A stretch of DNA of 64,000 bases, taken from Chrysomallon squamiferum (Eukaryota; Animalia; Mollusca). The position numbers and the translations under genes are program-made. The stretch spans positions 19,034,001-19,098,000 of the forward strand of contig CM022667.1 of the NCBI GenBank assembly GCA_012295275.1, read 5' to 3'. The notes beneath the pieces are model-generated. The model searched no databases. It was given only the letters and a program-made list of their open reading frames with translations, and had not been told where the DNA came from. Shown in pieces: positions 38,213 through 53,577 of the stretch; position 1 is the first letter of the stretch; each line of letters opens with the position of its first letter.

Positions 38213-39579
38213 ATATAAATCTCATTATTATTTATTTTTATTTAAATAATATTTGGTCCTTTGGTGGCACTGATCAACTGGTAAAACCAGTGTGCACAAA
38301 TGATTTTTATATTTGAACTTTTTTTTCCATTATGTGCAGATTTCAGGTACTATTTTATATACTTTTCTTTTATATAGATAATGGTTCACCGATTTTATTG
38401 CACATTTTGAATATTATTGTAAATTTTATTATTATTATTGTTGTTGTTATTTTTATTTTTATATTTTAACATACATACTGTCATGATTTGTGAATATAAT
38501 AAGTTTCTTAAACATATTTGTTTGAAGTATTTGGAATTTACAAAATTTTTTTTTTTAAAGTATTTTATAATTTAAATGTTATTTTAAAGTATTTTATAAT
38601 ATTCTTCTCTGCATATTTATTCTGAATGCATGTGTGAACATGTGCATGTCTTGCATGATTGTTTGCTTTTGCCTATTAAATGATAAAAATCATTCTGGTA
38701 TGAATGTAGACACAGAAACTTTTAGAAAATATTACATACAAGTATAAAGTATAAAATTACAGATATTTTAGCTGTTTGAATATTTTGTGTATTTATATAT
38801 GCCAGTTATTGTTATACATCTACTTTTGTAAGTATTTCAGTATTTGTAATAATTTACAAAATTTCTTTTATCAGTATTTTATCTATATACCAATATACAA
38901 ATTTTATAAATATTTTACCATCTCAGCATTGAAAATATATTTACCAATGCCAAAACCATACAATAATTTACTGGTATAATTAAAACAACATAATTATGTA
39001 GTTATTATTATTTGATATTTTTATTTATTATTTACCTGTTTTGATGAATTAAAAAAAATATAAAAGATAAATAAATAAATATACAAAAAAACCACCCCAA
39101 AACCCAGAAAGATAAAAACAAAAAACAAAATAAATCAACCAAACAATAAAAAAAGATTTAAGAAGTGAAGCATATTTTTAAGTCTTCCTCAACTGTTTCA
39201 GTTGCTGTAATCAGTAACATAGCTAGAAATGATCTCTGACAAATAATAATCAAGTTTTATAAATTATTTGCAAACATTTGATTTGGTTTTTTTGTTTAAA
39301 ATGGACAGATTATTATCATTGTACTCAGATTACTCAATGTAGAAGTATTTCAAAATTCATATTTTTGAAATAGCTTTATATTTTGTCTGTGATATGTAAA
39401 TTGTTACTTGTTAAAATAAAACTTTATACATCGACTGTTTTTTTGTTATTATTTATCATATTAAGCTGTAACCAACTGACTGGTATCTGTTATAAAATAT
39501 TTTGAATGTGTGCATCAATGTTTAAACCAGTGAATTAAAAATTGTAAGACAGTGGCAAAATAATTGCCTGGAATTTATT

Positions 39580-39975
39580 TGCAGGATCATTCTTCTTTTC
39601 TGTCCAAAGAACATTTCTCCACATGGTTATTTCCAATTCAAACCAGTGCTCCAATGATAATATTTTTTTTTTTTAAATGAACTTTAAAAATATTTAGTCA
39701 AATATGTTTTGGCTTATTTTTCATCATTCAAATAATTGAAGGTATATCTTACTTCAGAATAGAAATACTGTTAATATTTTATCATCTTGTTTTAATTTAT
39801 AAGTGAAATGTAGTTCAAGTGGTTAGAACATTCTTTTAAAGCATGTTGATGATTAAAATTGGACTTTTTTCCACATTACAATCATTGACATGTGACTGGT
39901 TTATCCAAATAAACATAAATAATCATTTGCTACTAACTTAAGTCCATGAAGTAACCACAGCAGGTTTCCTCTCAT
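39580..39975 (+). mobile_element. Two highly decayed fragments of the same SINE family
   Basis: ggttatttccaattcaaaccagtgctcca; A-box-like tgtagttcaagtggttagaac; gactggtttatc..tttgctactaa..gcaggtttcctctcat. Confidence 0.5.
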
Positions 39976-42900
39976 TTAATTATACAAAAAGCGATCTACA
40001 ATACCTAATAATTTGCAGAGATTCATTTACTCAGTTTCCTTTCAGCTAGTTGTAAGTAAGTATGAGAATTGCAAGTTTGTTTTTCTAAGGAAAGACATAT
40101 GTAAAAGACTTGTTTTATTTGAATAGGAAAATCAACTCCTAGTTATGTCAACAGAGAGTTTCTCCTGTAATAGTTTATCTAATACTTCCCATTTATAGAA
40201 ATGGAAATGAAGCAGAAATAATGCTGAAGAATGAAAACTCATGGCCTGACAATACTCTGTGATTCTGAAGTGAGTTCAAAGAAAGAAAAACAACAAGAAA
40301 AGATTTTTCAGCAAGTGATGTATTTTACCACCAATGTGTAGACACACCTTTATGTTCATTTATTACATTTTTTTTTTTTTTTTTTTTTAAATTGGCAAAC
40401 TTAAATAGAACAAAAATAAATCTACACATCATATCTACAAAACACACAAAAAAAAAAAAAGAAGGAAACATTTTGTACAGTTTTTGTAAATGCAAAAACA
40501 GCAGATTCACTGTGGAAGCAAGCATAATTATGACACACACAGACAAACGTACATACAGATTATTTTCAAATATTTAGTTCTTTTTAAATATCAATTTCAG
40601 TTAGAAAAAATGTAAATAAATAAATAAATAAATAAAATAAGATAAATAACTTACTCAAAGACTGGATAAATATATTTTAAAGTCCTATTGGTACTTACAT
40701 TCAGTATTTCAGGGATTTTATATAAATAAATGTGTTTTGAGAGTAAGAAAAGTTACAAAACTGTACCAGCCAGCTGGACTGAAATATAATATTAGAAATA
40801 TTGTTAGCATTCATCGGATTATATGTGTATTTAAAAAGAATTTTCACAGACTGACTTACGACTGCTTATTCATACCCAGTGTATATACGTGCATTTAAAA
40901 TTTTAATAAATTCAAAAAAACATTTTTAATTGTCTCTTTATGAATGAAATTGTGTAATTACAAAAATATGTTTTCTCTGTTTATCAACATTGCTTTCTCT
41001 GTTTTAAACAGAAAATACAACCACACTGTACTTGTTACAAAGGCACACTAAGAACATGCTACAATAAAATGACAAAATAATCACACCAATTCACAGAACT
41101 GACAGTAAGTTCAGTTAAAAATAAAACAAATCATGAGACAATGAAAAACTAAATAAAGGCACAGTCTTTTGCAGATTCTGGGGTTACAAATAAAATGTAT
41201 GGCAAACTGTATGCATATATAACTTTTAAAAGATTTTTAAATGTTTACAGTAGTAATTTTGATTATTTGAAAAATAAAATCTACTGTTGGCACTAATTAT
41301 TTGTGATTCAAGAACATTTTTGAAACTTTTACTAAATGCATATAATAACACTTTTACATGAAAACAATTATTTTGATTGATGTAACAGTAAAAAAAATAA
41401 TTAAATTTAAAAAAAAAAAAAAAAAACAAAGTCAGGAAAGTTATAATTTTTGTTACTTCTTAGATTTAACAAAAAGTACAATCTCAAAATGTTCAAAAAT
41501 TATTTTTAAAAAACCCCAACAAAATCACCCCTTAAGAATTTGGAAGCAAAAAAATATAAAAATTAAATTTTCATGCTTTTTATTTAGAAATTGCTGGTAC
41601 AATTTAAAAAAAAATATATACTAATTTGTACAAAATATTTTTATCTAATATTCCTGTCAAAAATATAAAATATATTTTTAACCCTTTAAACATCAACTAA
41701 CTGAATATATTTGTCATAAAAATTTGAAAACAATTTTCACAACTAATCTAAAAAAATAAAAATAATTAAAAAATAATTTAAAAAATATATCAAAAATTAT
41801 AAATAGTTTAAAAGCTGTATTTTAATGGGCAGTAACAATATAATTTACACAGGGAAAAATAATAAAAACAACTAATGTAAGCAAAAAACCCACAACAGCT
41901 TGGCAGGCACTCGTACACAAACGTACCTAGATTAGCACGCATTTGATTATGCACTTGAAAGAGAAAACTGTTAATGGCATCTACAAGTTTACAATCAAAT
42001 TATGTCACAAATGAAAACTGCATTTAGCATGGATCAACCCTAAAAGAAAACTAAAATGAATATCCACAAATTTAAAATAATAATAATAATAACAATAATA
42101 ATAATAATAATTATAATTTTAAGGTTTCAGAGTTTAAAAAATGCAAGAAATATACTAAAAGTGCTTGAAATCAAGACTAGATTTAGATGGGCTACTGATG
42201 TATTTTGTGTGTGTTTTTATATGTTAACACAAGTTGTGTGTTAATATGGACATATAGTGTGTGGTGTGTGTATTAAAAACAGATACACACTGATAATCAA
42301 ATTTTACTTTAATTGTTGCTGTACTTAACTACCACAGTTTCTCTTAAGTAAAAGTCAGCAATTTTCATGTTAAAAGCATTAAAATAAAAACTTTGATGAC
42401 AAGGCAGTTTGCATTAACAATATAAATTTAAAGAAAAAAATTAGAAACAATAATGTATGTGTTGATCACAGTAATTGATTATGTAATAAATACATTTTAA
42501 ATTAAAAGTTCAGTTTTAAGTACATTAATGTTTATTTGGTTCACAGTGATCTTATTTAAGATCAGGAAAAACAAGTGCTGGGACAACACAATCATCATAT
42601 GTTTGGTTGCTTTCAAAACTGTCTTCATCCCAACCCTGTCTGTCTGTCTGTCTGTCTGTGTGTCTGTGTACATGTTTGAGTCTGTATGTTTTTATCAGTA
42701 ATTTCTTATTTATTTAATAATTGAAATTATTTTAAAAAACAAAAAGACTGTGAATATTTTCAACATCTGGTACCCACGGATTAAGACAACTATAAGTAAA
42801 TGCAAGGAACACAGGATCAACAATGGACAAAACATAAGCAATAATAAAGGAAAATGTAATGGAACAAAACAATAAATTATATCAGTTCAATGAAAAAAAC

Positions 42901-43475
42901 AATAACCTTTACAAGCAATGAAATGATTTTTGTTAAAAAGAAATTTTTTTTTTTTTTTTTAAATTGTAATTTTTTTTTTTTGAATGAATGAGATGAAGAA
43001 AAATTATGAGACAGTTCAGATCTTGATAAACATTAACAATATAAAATGTTTAAATAAAAAAACTAAGATGAAAATTAAAGGCTGCACAAGGTTTAAATGA
43101 AAGCACTCAATCACCACATACGTAATCACTGACAAGTGAAAGATCTTGTAAAAGAAAAAAAGAAATAAAAACAACTTTAAAAAAAAACTCCAAAAGATTG
43201 AGAACAACAACAACAAAAAAAAGGAATTCTATAATCTTTTTACATTTTTTTCAGGCTATGATTATCTAAATTAATTGAGAATGTTTGTGTGATGGCTAAG
43301 CCCTAACTTGCAATTTTTTAAAATCACATTTAAAATAAAAAAAAAGTAGTTTTCATTAAGTACTGACATTTTTTACTGTGGTGTCCAACAATGGTTTATA
43401 CTTGAATATTAGTGTAAACCACTATCAAAATACACTAAGAAGAATTTCTTTTTTGAAATATTCATTAAATTTTAA

Positions 43476-43508
<33 letters not shown>

Positions 43509-43621
43509 AAGAAGGAAATTTTTTTAAAAAATAAAAAATTACCTAATTCTTTCTTTCTTTTACAAGAAACATCACACTTAAAAAAAAAAAAAAAAAAAAC
43601 CTTAAAAAACTTTGTTTTCTC

Positions 43622-46051
43622 CTACAAATCAGTGATAGTGTAGCTGGAAGATCCCACCATTTTATCCATCTTCAGCATGGGGGGACCATTCATCTGGTTG
43701 TAGTTGAAAACCGGCCCCCCATTCAGCATCTTCCCCCCGCCGGCATCGTGCTCCCCCCCAGACCCGCTGCCCGTGTGGCTGTACTGCGGCGACATCATCG
43801 ACGGGAACGTCCCAGCGTGAACGGACACTGCAGCGTAGCTGGAAGGTGCGGCTGACATCACCGACGTGCTGCTTCCTTGGTGGTCGGTTTTCTTCTGCTG
43901 GATGTTGAACGTCTGAGGGTCGATGTAGAACTGTTCGTCAGGGTACTGGATGCTGAGGCGGCCGATGTGGCAGCCGCGGCAAAGGAGATGATCGTCGAGG
44001 GGGTAGCAGCGTTTGTCGGGTTCGTCGGTTAGCTGGATTCCGCAGTCCTGTCGAAAATCAAAACAGAAAGAAGAGAAATTGTTAACTTTCAAAATTAGCA
44101 TCAACAATTTAGTTCTCAAAAAAATCAAAATCAAAATTAGTATAAATTGTTTTTTGCCCAAATAAATAAATAAATAAAAAGTCCCATATTTGTTAAGAAT
44201 TGAGATGAAAAAGAAAGATACATAAACCCAGAGAAACACACTCAAAAAAAAAAAACCAGAGAGAGAAGAAAAATAGACATTTTGTGTAAATAAATTAATA
44301 TATTTGATTATATAATGTAAAATTTTTTTATAAAAAATGAAAATAAGTATTTTGTGCAGATAACAATTGGATATTTTTACTGTTTTGATACGAATGTGTT
44401 GAAAACACCTAGCCACCAGGCTGATGATTAAAAAGTGAATCTGACAGTCTGTAATTTTTCACTTTGAGTTGTTTCAGTTCTAAGAAATCAGTTAACTAGT
44501 TATCACAAGCCACAATTGTAAAACTTGTGAATTCTAAAATACACATCATGCAGTTACTGAAAAGATCAAACATTCAGTAAGCAAGATTTTGAGTTAATTA
44601 GTTATTATAAAACACATCAAATAACAGTACACAACTGTGACACTCATTAATCATACTTCACACTTACTGGTTAGTTAGTTAAATAAATGAAAAATAAATA
44701 AATAAAATAAAATAAAACTGATAAACATATCTGTTAATCACATTTCATATTCATAAACAAGTTACTTTTACAAACAAATAAATAAGTTGTGAATAATTAT
44801 AATAAATGAAATGTATGCAATAATACTGAAGACATTCAGTTATTTTATATTACGAATATTAACAATATTATTACTTCTGATGAAACTGTTTATGATATAT
44901 AATAAGAAGAAAGAGTAATAAAAGACATAATTCTATTATACTGTGAAAAAAACAAAAAACAAAAGAGATGGATAAAATAATAAATATAACTACTAAAAGG
45001 ATATAAAAACTATTTTTTGTTTTTACAGTGGATACATTTTGGGGAAATAAGAATATGAAGCTGAGGGAAAGTGATTTAAAAAAAAAAAAAGATTTAATGA
45101 AAAGAAAGAAAAAGAAGAAGAAACTGTGGAGTTATCTTTAAACACCCCTTTTCCCACCCAATAAGAAATAAAAGAGAGGAAGGGGAACAATGTTTTTTTG
45201 TTTTTTTTAATTAAGAAGCACAAGGGTAATACTCTGTAACTAGCTGGACCTACACATCAAAGTTTCAACAACAGCTGCATACTTTATTTTTAATAATGAT
45301 TATTCACAAGTTAAAATATTATGTTTGTAATTAAATTTTGTTTTTAATTTATTTTATTTTTTAATAACAGTTACAGTGATAGTTAACAGATAACAGAACA
45401 TCACCTGTTAATTCTCAGTTATAACCTCATTTTTGTTAAACTTCATTTCATATTTAGATAAATGGTTACTATCACCATCTTTGTACTTGGATGGGTTTTA
45501 TATAAAATAAATATCTAACATTTGTTTATGAAATGACAATGCCCTATGGAGAATAATGTGATTTGTTTTCTTCCATTGTTTAAATAATTACAAATCCAGC
45601 ATGCAGTCAGAAAGAACAAGTCATTCAGTTAGTATTTTGTATGTAAACTTTTATGTTTCATCCACTTACTGAGCAAAACAGAATGAAATGAAAATTCCAC
45701 ATAAAATTAACAAAATTTTATTTATTTGTATTCTTACTTAATTATTTTTTAAAATTTATTTTCAAGTGGAAATACTTGAAGTATATTAGATCAGATTTAT
45801 TTTACCATAATAAATAAGTAAATTAATAACGTTGTTGTTTTTTCTTGTTCTTTTTTTAAGCAAAGTCTCACATTAAGTGAAGTCAGTTAACTAGTACCAG
45901 TTCATTTTGAGAAGAAAAAAGGAAAAAAACAGCCAAGTATGAACTACAAGAGACTGTCTGTGTGGCTGTAGTAAAAACTAAAAGAAATCTATCGAGGTCT
46001 GAAGTACTGGAAATTACATAGGGAGGAAGAAACAGCATAATACAATATGAT

Positions 46052-46083
<32 letters not shown>

Positions 46084-46732
46084 TATCACTAACCAATATT
46101 ATCAGATTTATGTGAATGTTTTGTTTATTTGGAGCTTTTCAAATTCTAACCTATGTCCTGTTATCAAAGTATATGGTAAGTACTTTCTTGTCTAAGGCAT
46201 AAAAAAAAAAAAAAAAAAAGTAGCATGAGGAATAATGGTACTGATTAATATTCATGTATTTTATTATTATTTTTATTTTATTTTATTATTATTATTTTTT
46301 TTTTAAGTGAATCATATTGTATACTGCTGTATAAAAAAGGCCAGTAGAGATTAGAAGTAAAAAAAAAAAAATAAAAAAAAGGCATCATTATGATGTGACA
46401 TCTTTCCATTTCACAAAGACAAGACAAAACATGCTGGAGACATTCAGCAAATCAAAGTGAAATGTTTTCTTACATCCTGTACTTTCCAGAAATCTGTGAA
46501 AGCGGTAAGCAAACAGAAACCAACATTTACTATGTCATTCTAACAATATACATATATATAATTAATTATTTCACTTACAATATACACAAATAAATTATAA
46601 ATTTACAGTTAAATCCTTTTTACAACATGTAACTACAACATCCTATTTATGACACACACATAAACATCCCATTTACAACACATACCTAACTACAACATCT
46701 CATTTGCAACATGTACATTAACATCCAGATAC

Positions 46733-46790
<58 letters not shown>

Positions 46791-47261
46791 CATCCCATTT
46801 ATAATATATATAGGCAATATGTAATTTATTAACAATACATAACGTGCAGACAACTTATAAATGAAAAAAAATACATATTATTTGATGATGGTGTATGTTT
46901 TACTGATTAAGTTAGTAACAAATTGTTTTAAAAGTTCAATTTCTACATGTTTAGTATATAAAATTTAAGATGACAGTACGTGCATGAAAAGTAAAAAAAA
47001 AAAAAATAGCAAATAGGAGATATACTCAATGATAAAGATATCAAAAAATGAAAAAAAATAAAATTACAAATCAAAAATTAATATTTGCATATTTCCTTGA
47101 GCGTTTTGTACTCTAACCATATAAATTCGGATATCAAATAAAAAATAAGTTTCCTCTAGGTTTTTCTGCTATATGGAAATTATGTATTTTTATAATTATT
47201 GTTACATGGTATGACAACTCAGTACAAAAAAAAAATTAAAATTAAAAAAATTAAAAATTAA

Positions 47262-47311
<50 letters not shown>

Positions 47312-47457
47312 TAATAACAATAATAATAAATGTTGGAAAGGGCCAAACATACACATAAATTATTAAATTGTACTGTTTAAAATAATAGTTATAAAAGTAA
47401 ATGCTTTCCAGACATACAAAAAGACATTGTTCTATCTTTTAAAAATACTACTATAAT

Positions 47458-47495
<38 letters not shown>

Positions 47496-47540
47496 TGATA
47501 ACAACAATAACAGTAACAATAAAAAAAAAAAAAATAATAA

Positions 47541-47576
<36 letters not shown>

Positions 47577-48124
47577 CAAGTTTTGTGTATAAAATTAGTA
47601 TTAGTAAGAGCTCAAAATCTCAAAAATTTAAAATACATCATTCAATCTCTGCTGTATAAAAATGTTAACATCACACTGTGAGGGAAGGATAACTCTTGAA
47701 AAAACATCTAACTATAGAGGCATTTTGTGAAATTTAATTAAAAAAATAATATAACATTATAATTTATGCATGTGCTAATGCTGATATGGATAAAACAGAT
47801 TTGAAATAACATTATAGACTTACAAATTCATGTTTTGTTCAAGTTCTGTGAAATGATGGAAGTCTGTTTTGTCAGATTTACAGTGATATTTTTTGTTATG
47901 ACATACAGTGTACTAACACAAACAGAAACAATGCAGTAAAGTTTACATTTTTCCTACGACCTATGATCTTAAACAGCCTGGGCCTTCATGTATTGTCCAT
48001 CTGGTGCAATGTAAACTAGTGCAATGTATTTATAGTTAATGTAAACTACCTACATTGTCTTTAGTGTGATGTAGACACTGATGAACAGTGTAACTTAAAC
48101 ACCATTCAAATAAGATCAAATGTT

Positions 48125-48181
<57 letters not shown>

Positions 48182-51100
48182 TAATAATAATAAATAAATA
48201 AATAAATAAAATAAATTAAATGAAACAAAATTAAAAAAAGAGAGTAAAATGAAACAAAATAAAAATTAAAATTAAGCGAATGAAAAGTTCAATGAAAGTA
48301 AAAGCCACTTTGTTGAAAAACAAAACCACTAAAAAAACAAGTTCAAAATTCTGCTCAGTTTTACTGCAAGGCATTTTGTTTATGGCTTTGAACTAAATAT
48401 CTGGTGCACTTTATGAAAATGTTTTCAAGTACAAAAAAAAATTTAAAAAAATAAAAAATTCTTATGGTGCAACAAAATAAACTGTGCCTTAGGCACGTGC
48501 CAATATCACAGTTTGTAATATACAGTAATATATGTTGTCGATTTTATTTATTTATTTATTTATTTATTTTAATGCTTATAACAGAGGTAACCAACTAACA
48601 TCACTACTTGGGAAGCTGATATCTGTAAAATTTCATTTGTATTCATTTTATTATAGACAGGAAAGCAGATATTAAAATCTTTGTTAAACTGTTTAGAAAT
48701 GGTTAGAATAGGAAATGGGATGCACACAGAAAGAAATAAGAATTTTTTTTTTAGTAAGAATCTAATCCATTTAAGTCAATGGTAGTTGTTATTTACAATA
48801 AAATTTATGACGAAATTATTAAACAATTGTACAAAATATTCCCTATCCAAATAACACTTGCACTATAATTTTATTTAGGTTGTTTGTTTAAAACCGATCT
48901 TTCTATAATTATTATTACTTTTAAGCATTCCTGTGATATTTTACTATGCAAATAAAGATAAAATATTAACACTAAATTTACATAAAAGACGAAGGTTAAT
49001 GATGATGAAAAATTATCTTATTGTGAAATGTTACTTTAGTTTTTTGACATTTAAATACAGAATTTTGCACTGGTTAGAATACGTCACAATGAACAATAAA
49101 CTTTTCTTCTAAGAGATTCAGAACTTTCATTTTAATGGCAGTCTGTATATATTTTTTTTATTTTTTTTTATTTTTAAAAGTCTTGCCTCATGGCAACATC
49201 AACAGATATTATAAAACTGGAAGCCAGTGATTATGGCAAGAACATTATGAGTTCAGAATTAATCAAAATTAGCAGTAAATAAAAACACATAATGAGTTGA
49301 TGATACAGTTACAAGTAATGTGAATACAAAATTACACGTGTAATGGGTATATAATGGTTGTTTATCAACGTTACATAACGATGTAATAAGGGTAATTACA
49401 CTAAAATCTATTGCCCACACAGTACAGACTGACAAATAATTTAATTTGTGGACTAGACTGCTGATATAAAGATTTTAAAATGCTGGCTGCTTTTATTTCA
49501 TTATTTACTTTCAACTTTCATGATAATGAATGAATGAATGTTTAACAACACCCCAGCACAAAAAATATAGCAGCTATTGGGCATTAAAGTTAAATATATC
49601 AAAATGGTGAATATTTTCTATATAAAAATTCAAAATTAATGTTAGTCAAGAGACAGAGTATATTTCATGATAAAGTTATGAAAACAAGAACTATGATTGA
49701 TAGGAAATGAAAACAAAATAAAATAAGACAACACAGATTTATTGCTTCCCATCCCCAGTTATACTGTCTTTGCCACTTCAAAGTTGTTATTACTGTTATA
49801 ATTATTATTATTATATTATTATTATTATTACTGTTATTATTGTTATTGTTGTTGTTGAAAGATGCTCTATGTGATAAAAAAAAAAAAATTCAAAACATTA
49901 AAATACAGATAGATAAGAAAAAAAATTCTAGAAATAAATGCAAATTAAATAATTTGATAATAACATGATTACATACAAAACATAGTTAACTCTGCAAGTG
50001 TAGATGACAGGCACAGATATGTGAATTTGAGACAAACATACAAACACATACATTCTTTCCTTCTCTCACAACACACATGCATGTACAGAACAGAAACATG
50101 ACAACATTTCAAGCCTTACTTTGGTATGTTACAAACATTATATATATATATAAATATACATTACCTCACAGTGATAGCAGTCCACATGGAAATCTTTATC
50201 CATAGACACAACCCGTACAGTTTCTTCTGTACCCTGTAACATAGTATTAAACATTTTTATAATAGACAAAGAGAGAGAGAGAGAGAGAGAATGACAGCAG
50301 TATTGTCTTTTATAAGCCAACAAGTATGTAGTATACTCTTTATTTTGAACACCTATGTTGTTTCATTTATAAACTATTATACAACTGTTATTATAATTAA
50401 CAAAATTAAACAGGTAAATAAATAACTTACATCTACTGGAGTGATGGCCATGCTACAAGCTGCACACTTGGGAGCATACACTCTGAAATAAGTAAACAAA
50501 CTGTCTTAATATAGAAACTAAAAACATAACAATAACAATAACAATAACAATAACAATAACAATAACAATAACAATAATAATAATAATAATGATAATGACA
50601 ATTAAATAATAATAATAATATTGATCATCATTACTATAATAATATTACCTGTATGTGTTATTACATGAAATTTCAATTTTAAGTCTAAAATTTATTTCTT
50701 TGTCAACAGTTAAAAAACCAAAACAAATGAAAAATATACATTTCTCCAACAATCCTGAATTTTAACAGTAAACTATAATAAAAGAAAGAGAAACCTGTGA
50801 TAGTCTGCTACACAGTATATTTTGTTGTCAACGTCGATGGTGAATGGAACGCCGTCGAGACATTCGTGACAGATGTAGCAGCGAAAACAACCAGGGTGGT
50901 AGGACTTGCCCATAGCTTGCAAAATCTGAAAAAATAAATAAAATAAATAACACTGTTAAACTTTTATCAATATGACAGTTATATATTTTATCATTAAGTT
51001 GATTAACACATATATTTTATATGTAACAAAGTAAAATACATTATCTATAACAGTTACATATTTGATCAATAACAGTTAAATATTTTTATCAATAACAGTT

Positions 51101-51929
51101 AAATATTTTATCTATAACACAGTTACATAGTTTATCAATAACAGGTAAATGTAGTTGTTAGAAATTCACTATGTATAAAATAAAATTATATATTTTTAAT
51201 ATGCTCTGCTGTGGTGAGACTTTGATTCATTACAGTGATATTAATTTCTAACACAGTCTGTTTTGCTGGTCAAGAACTTTACTGATTCAAGTTTTCATTG
51301 CAGTGTATTATTTATCATTTTATTATTTTAACATATAAAATATGTTTTCATTTCCATGAATACAATGTTGAAATGAATACAAAATATCTGAATATATCTG
51401 AAGAAATACATAATATTTCTGACACTTTAAAACCAGAAAGATAAAACTATAAAATTATATTGCATTTCACAAACAGTGGATTGTCTGCCATATTATGTTA
51501 AAAAATAAACCCAAAATAGAATATTTATCAGCTAGATAATCTAATCTGCAGATAACCCCAAAATGACAGACTATAAATAATTATAATGAACACACTGAAG
51601 TTAAACACCTAATGAAAATCTGATTGTTGAAACTCCAGGACTGCACTTTTCAATTAGTCAGTATTCAAAACTCAATAATTATTGTGATGTCACTGGTGTG
51701 AAGTTACAATAACAACAACAACCACAGCAGCAGCAAAAGCAATAAGAACAATAGTAGAATTAATAATAAAATTATAATTAAAATAATTTACCATTTCCAT
51801 AATTAAATGGCCACAAATCACACATTTTTCTGCAGTCTGTTGAAATCCCGAATACTGCAAAAATAAAAAGTAATAAAACAATAATAGTCAGTATTTTTGC
51901 ACCCATTTTGTGTGTGATGTATGTTTGTA

Positions 51930-51965
<36 letters not shown>

Positions 51966-52910
51966 TGTTGTGTGATTTTGTATGTACATGTGTGCATGCC
52001 AGCAAAAGCAAGTTTAAAAATATATTTTTAAAATGTCTCCAGAAAAAAATAAATAAAATAAAATACTTAAAATAAAATAATGATAAAGATATTAAACATT
52101 GTTTCAAAGGTAAAATAATAGATTCTTAACCAGCACAACTAAAACTAATAAATAAAACTACTGCACTCAGCTCTGTCACAATTATTACTAAGGTTGTGAC
52201 ATTCAACAACAAACGAGTCACAAAATGACAATAATAAAAACAATTATCTTCCTAATAAAAACTACAGAATGCTTTAACAGCTGTCATCACACATTGTTCT
52301 TCTCTTTTTTTTCCCCTATCAATTTAATCTGCCATCTGAAAAATGGTATTTGAAGATTCAAGCATGCCTGTCTTGGACAAACATTATCTGGATATCTGGA
52401 TTATCTGTCAGAGTCAATGTTCGAGAGATAAGGAAAATTAGAAAAGCAGTTTAATGGATTTCCAGTTAGATCCATGCAGAATTTAACTTAATTTAATCTC
52501 ATGAATAAAAAAAAAAAAATAAAACCTGCCAGATCTAACCCAGTCTACTATACAGAAGTTAATTATGATTGTGATAAATACAAGAGATGAAACATGACCA
52601 TTAATAGAGGCTCTGTTTTGGTAATAAACAGTTAATACAGGACTGCAGTAATGAACTGTTAGGTTGATTTATTAATACAGGGCTTACAGACTTCTTGGTG
52701 TGCTGTGTGTGAGTACTGTGGAGATTGTTTATAGTTTCATGTTTGTACACACTCACTAAAAACAGCAGCGAAAAAAAAAGAAATAATAATAATAAATAAA
52801 GAACAGCTCTACTGGTACTATGTTAACAGACACTAACCTATATCTTCTAACCATGCAGATGTTTCAAGATGCTTTCTTCACTCAAAAACAGAGTGAGAGT
52901 CAGTGAGGGT

Positions 52911-53006
<96 letters not shown>

Positions 53007-53537
53007 ACATTATAAAGTGATTCCTACATACATAACAATAGATACAAAACAAAATGTATAAAAGCTAAGTAGTGAGTATTATTAGAAACTCACTAGAGCA
53101 ATGACTGATGTATGATAATTGGCCAGTAAGCAGGTGTTCTAGATAAAACTCAGTTGATGAGATAGTTCTAATTCTTAAAGCCATATATTTTCAATGTTTA
53201 TGTTTAAAAAGATGACAACAACAAAACACACATACACACACACACACAAACATAAATCAACGTTAGAAATAAGGGAACAAAGTGGAGAGAAAAAAAGAGA
53301 AAAGACTAAAAGACACACACAGAGAGAGTTTCTGATATAACAGAAAATTAATGTTTGATGTCAAGTTTTGGAAAGGTGTAAATGAAGCAAAACAAAAGTT
53401 AAAAATAGATGTTTATAGTAAGTACTGAAATAACTACTCAGATAACAGAGAAAAACACTGCTGAAACATGGAACAACCTACAACATATGTTCTCTGTGTT
53501 CATCTTTCTTTCTGTCACTAGTTCATTCTCTCTCTCT

Positions 53538-53577
<40 letters not shown>

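Noticed and set aside
39805-39850. tRNA gene
   Set aside because: Only an A-box-like stretch with no cloverleaf; better explained as a decayed tRNA-derived SINE head.
44048-44416. N-terminal hydrophobic half of the 264-aa ORF as transmembrane segments
   Set aside because: Intron read-through; the exon starts after the acceptor at 44047.
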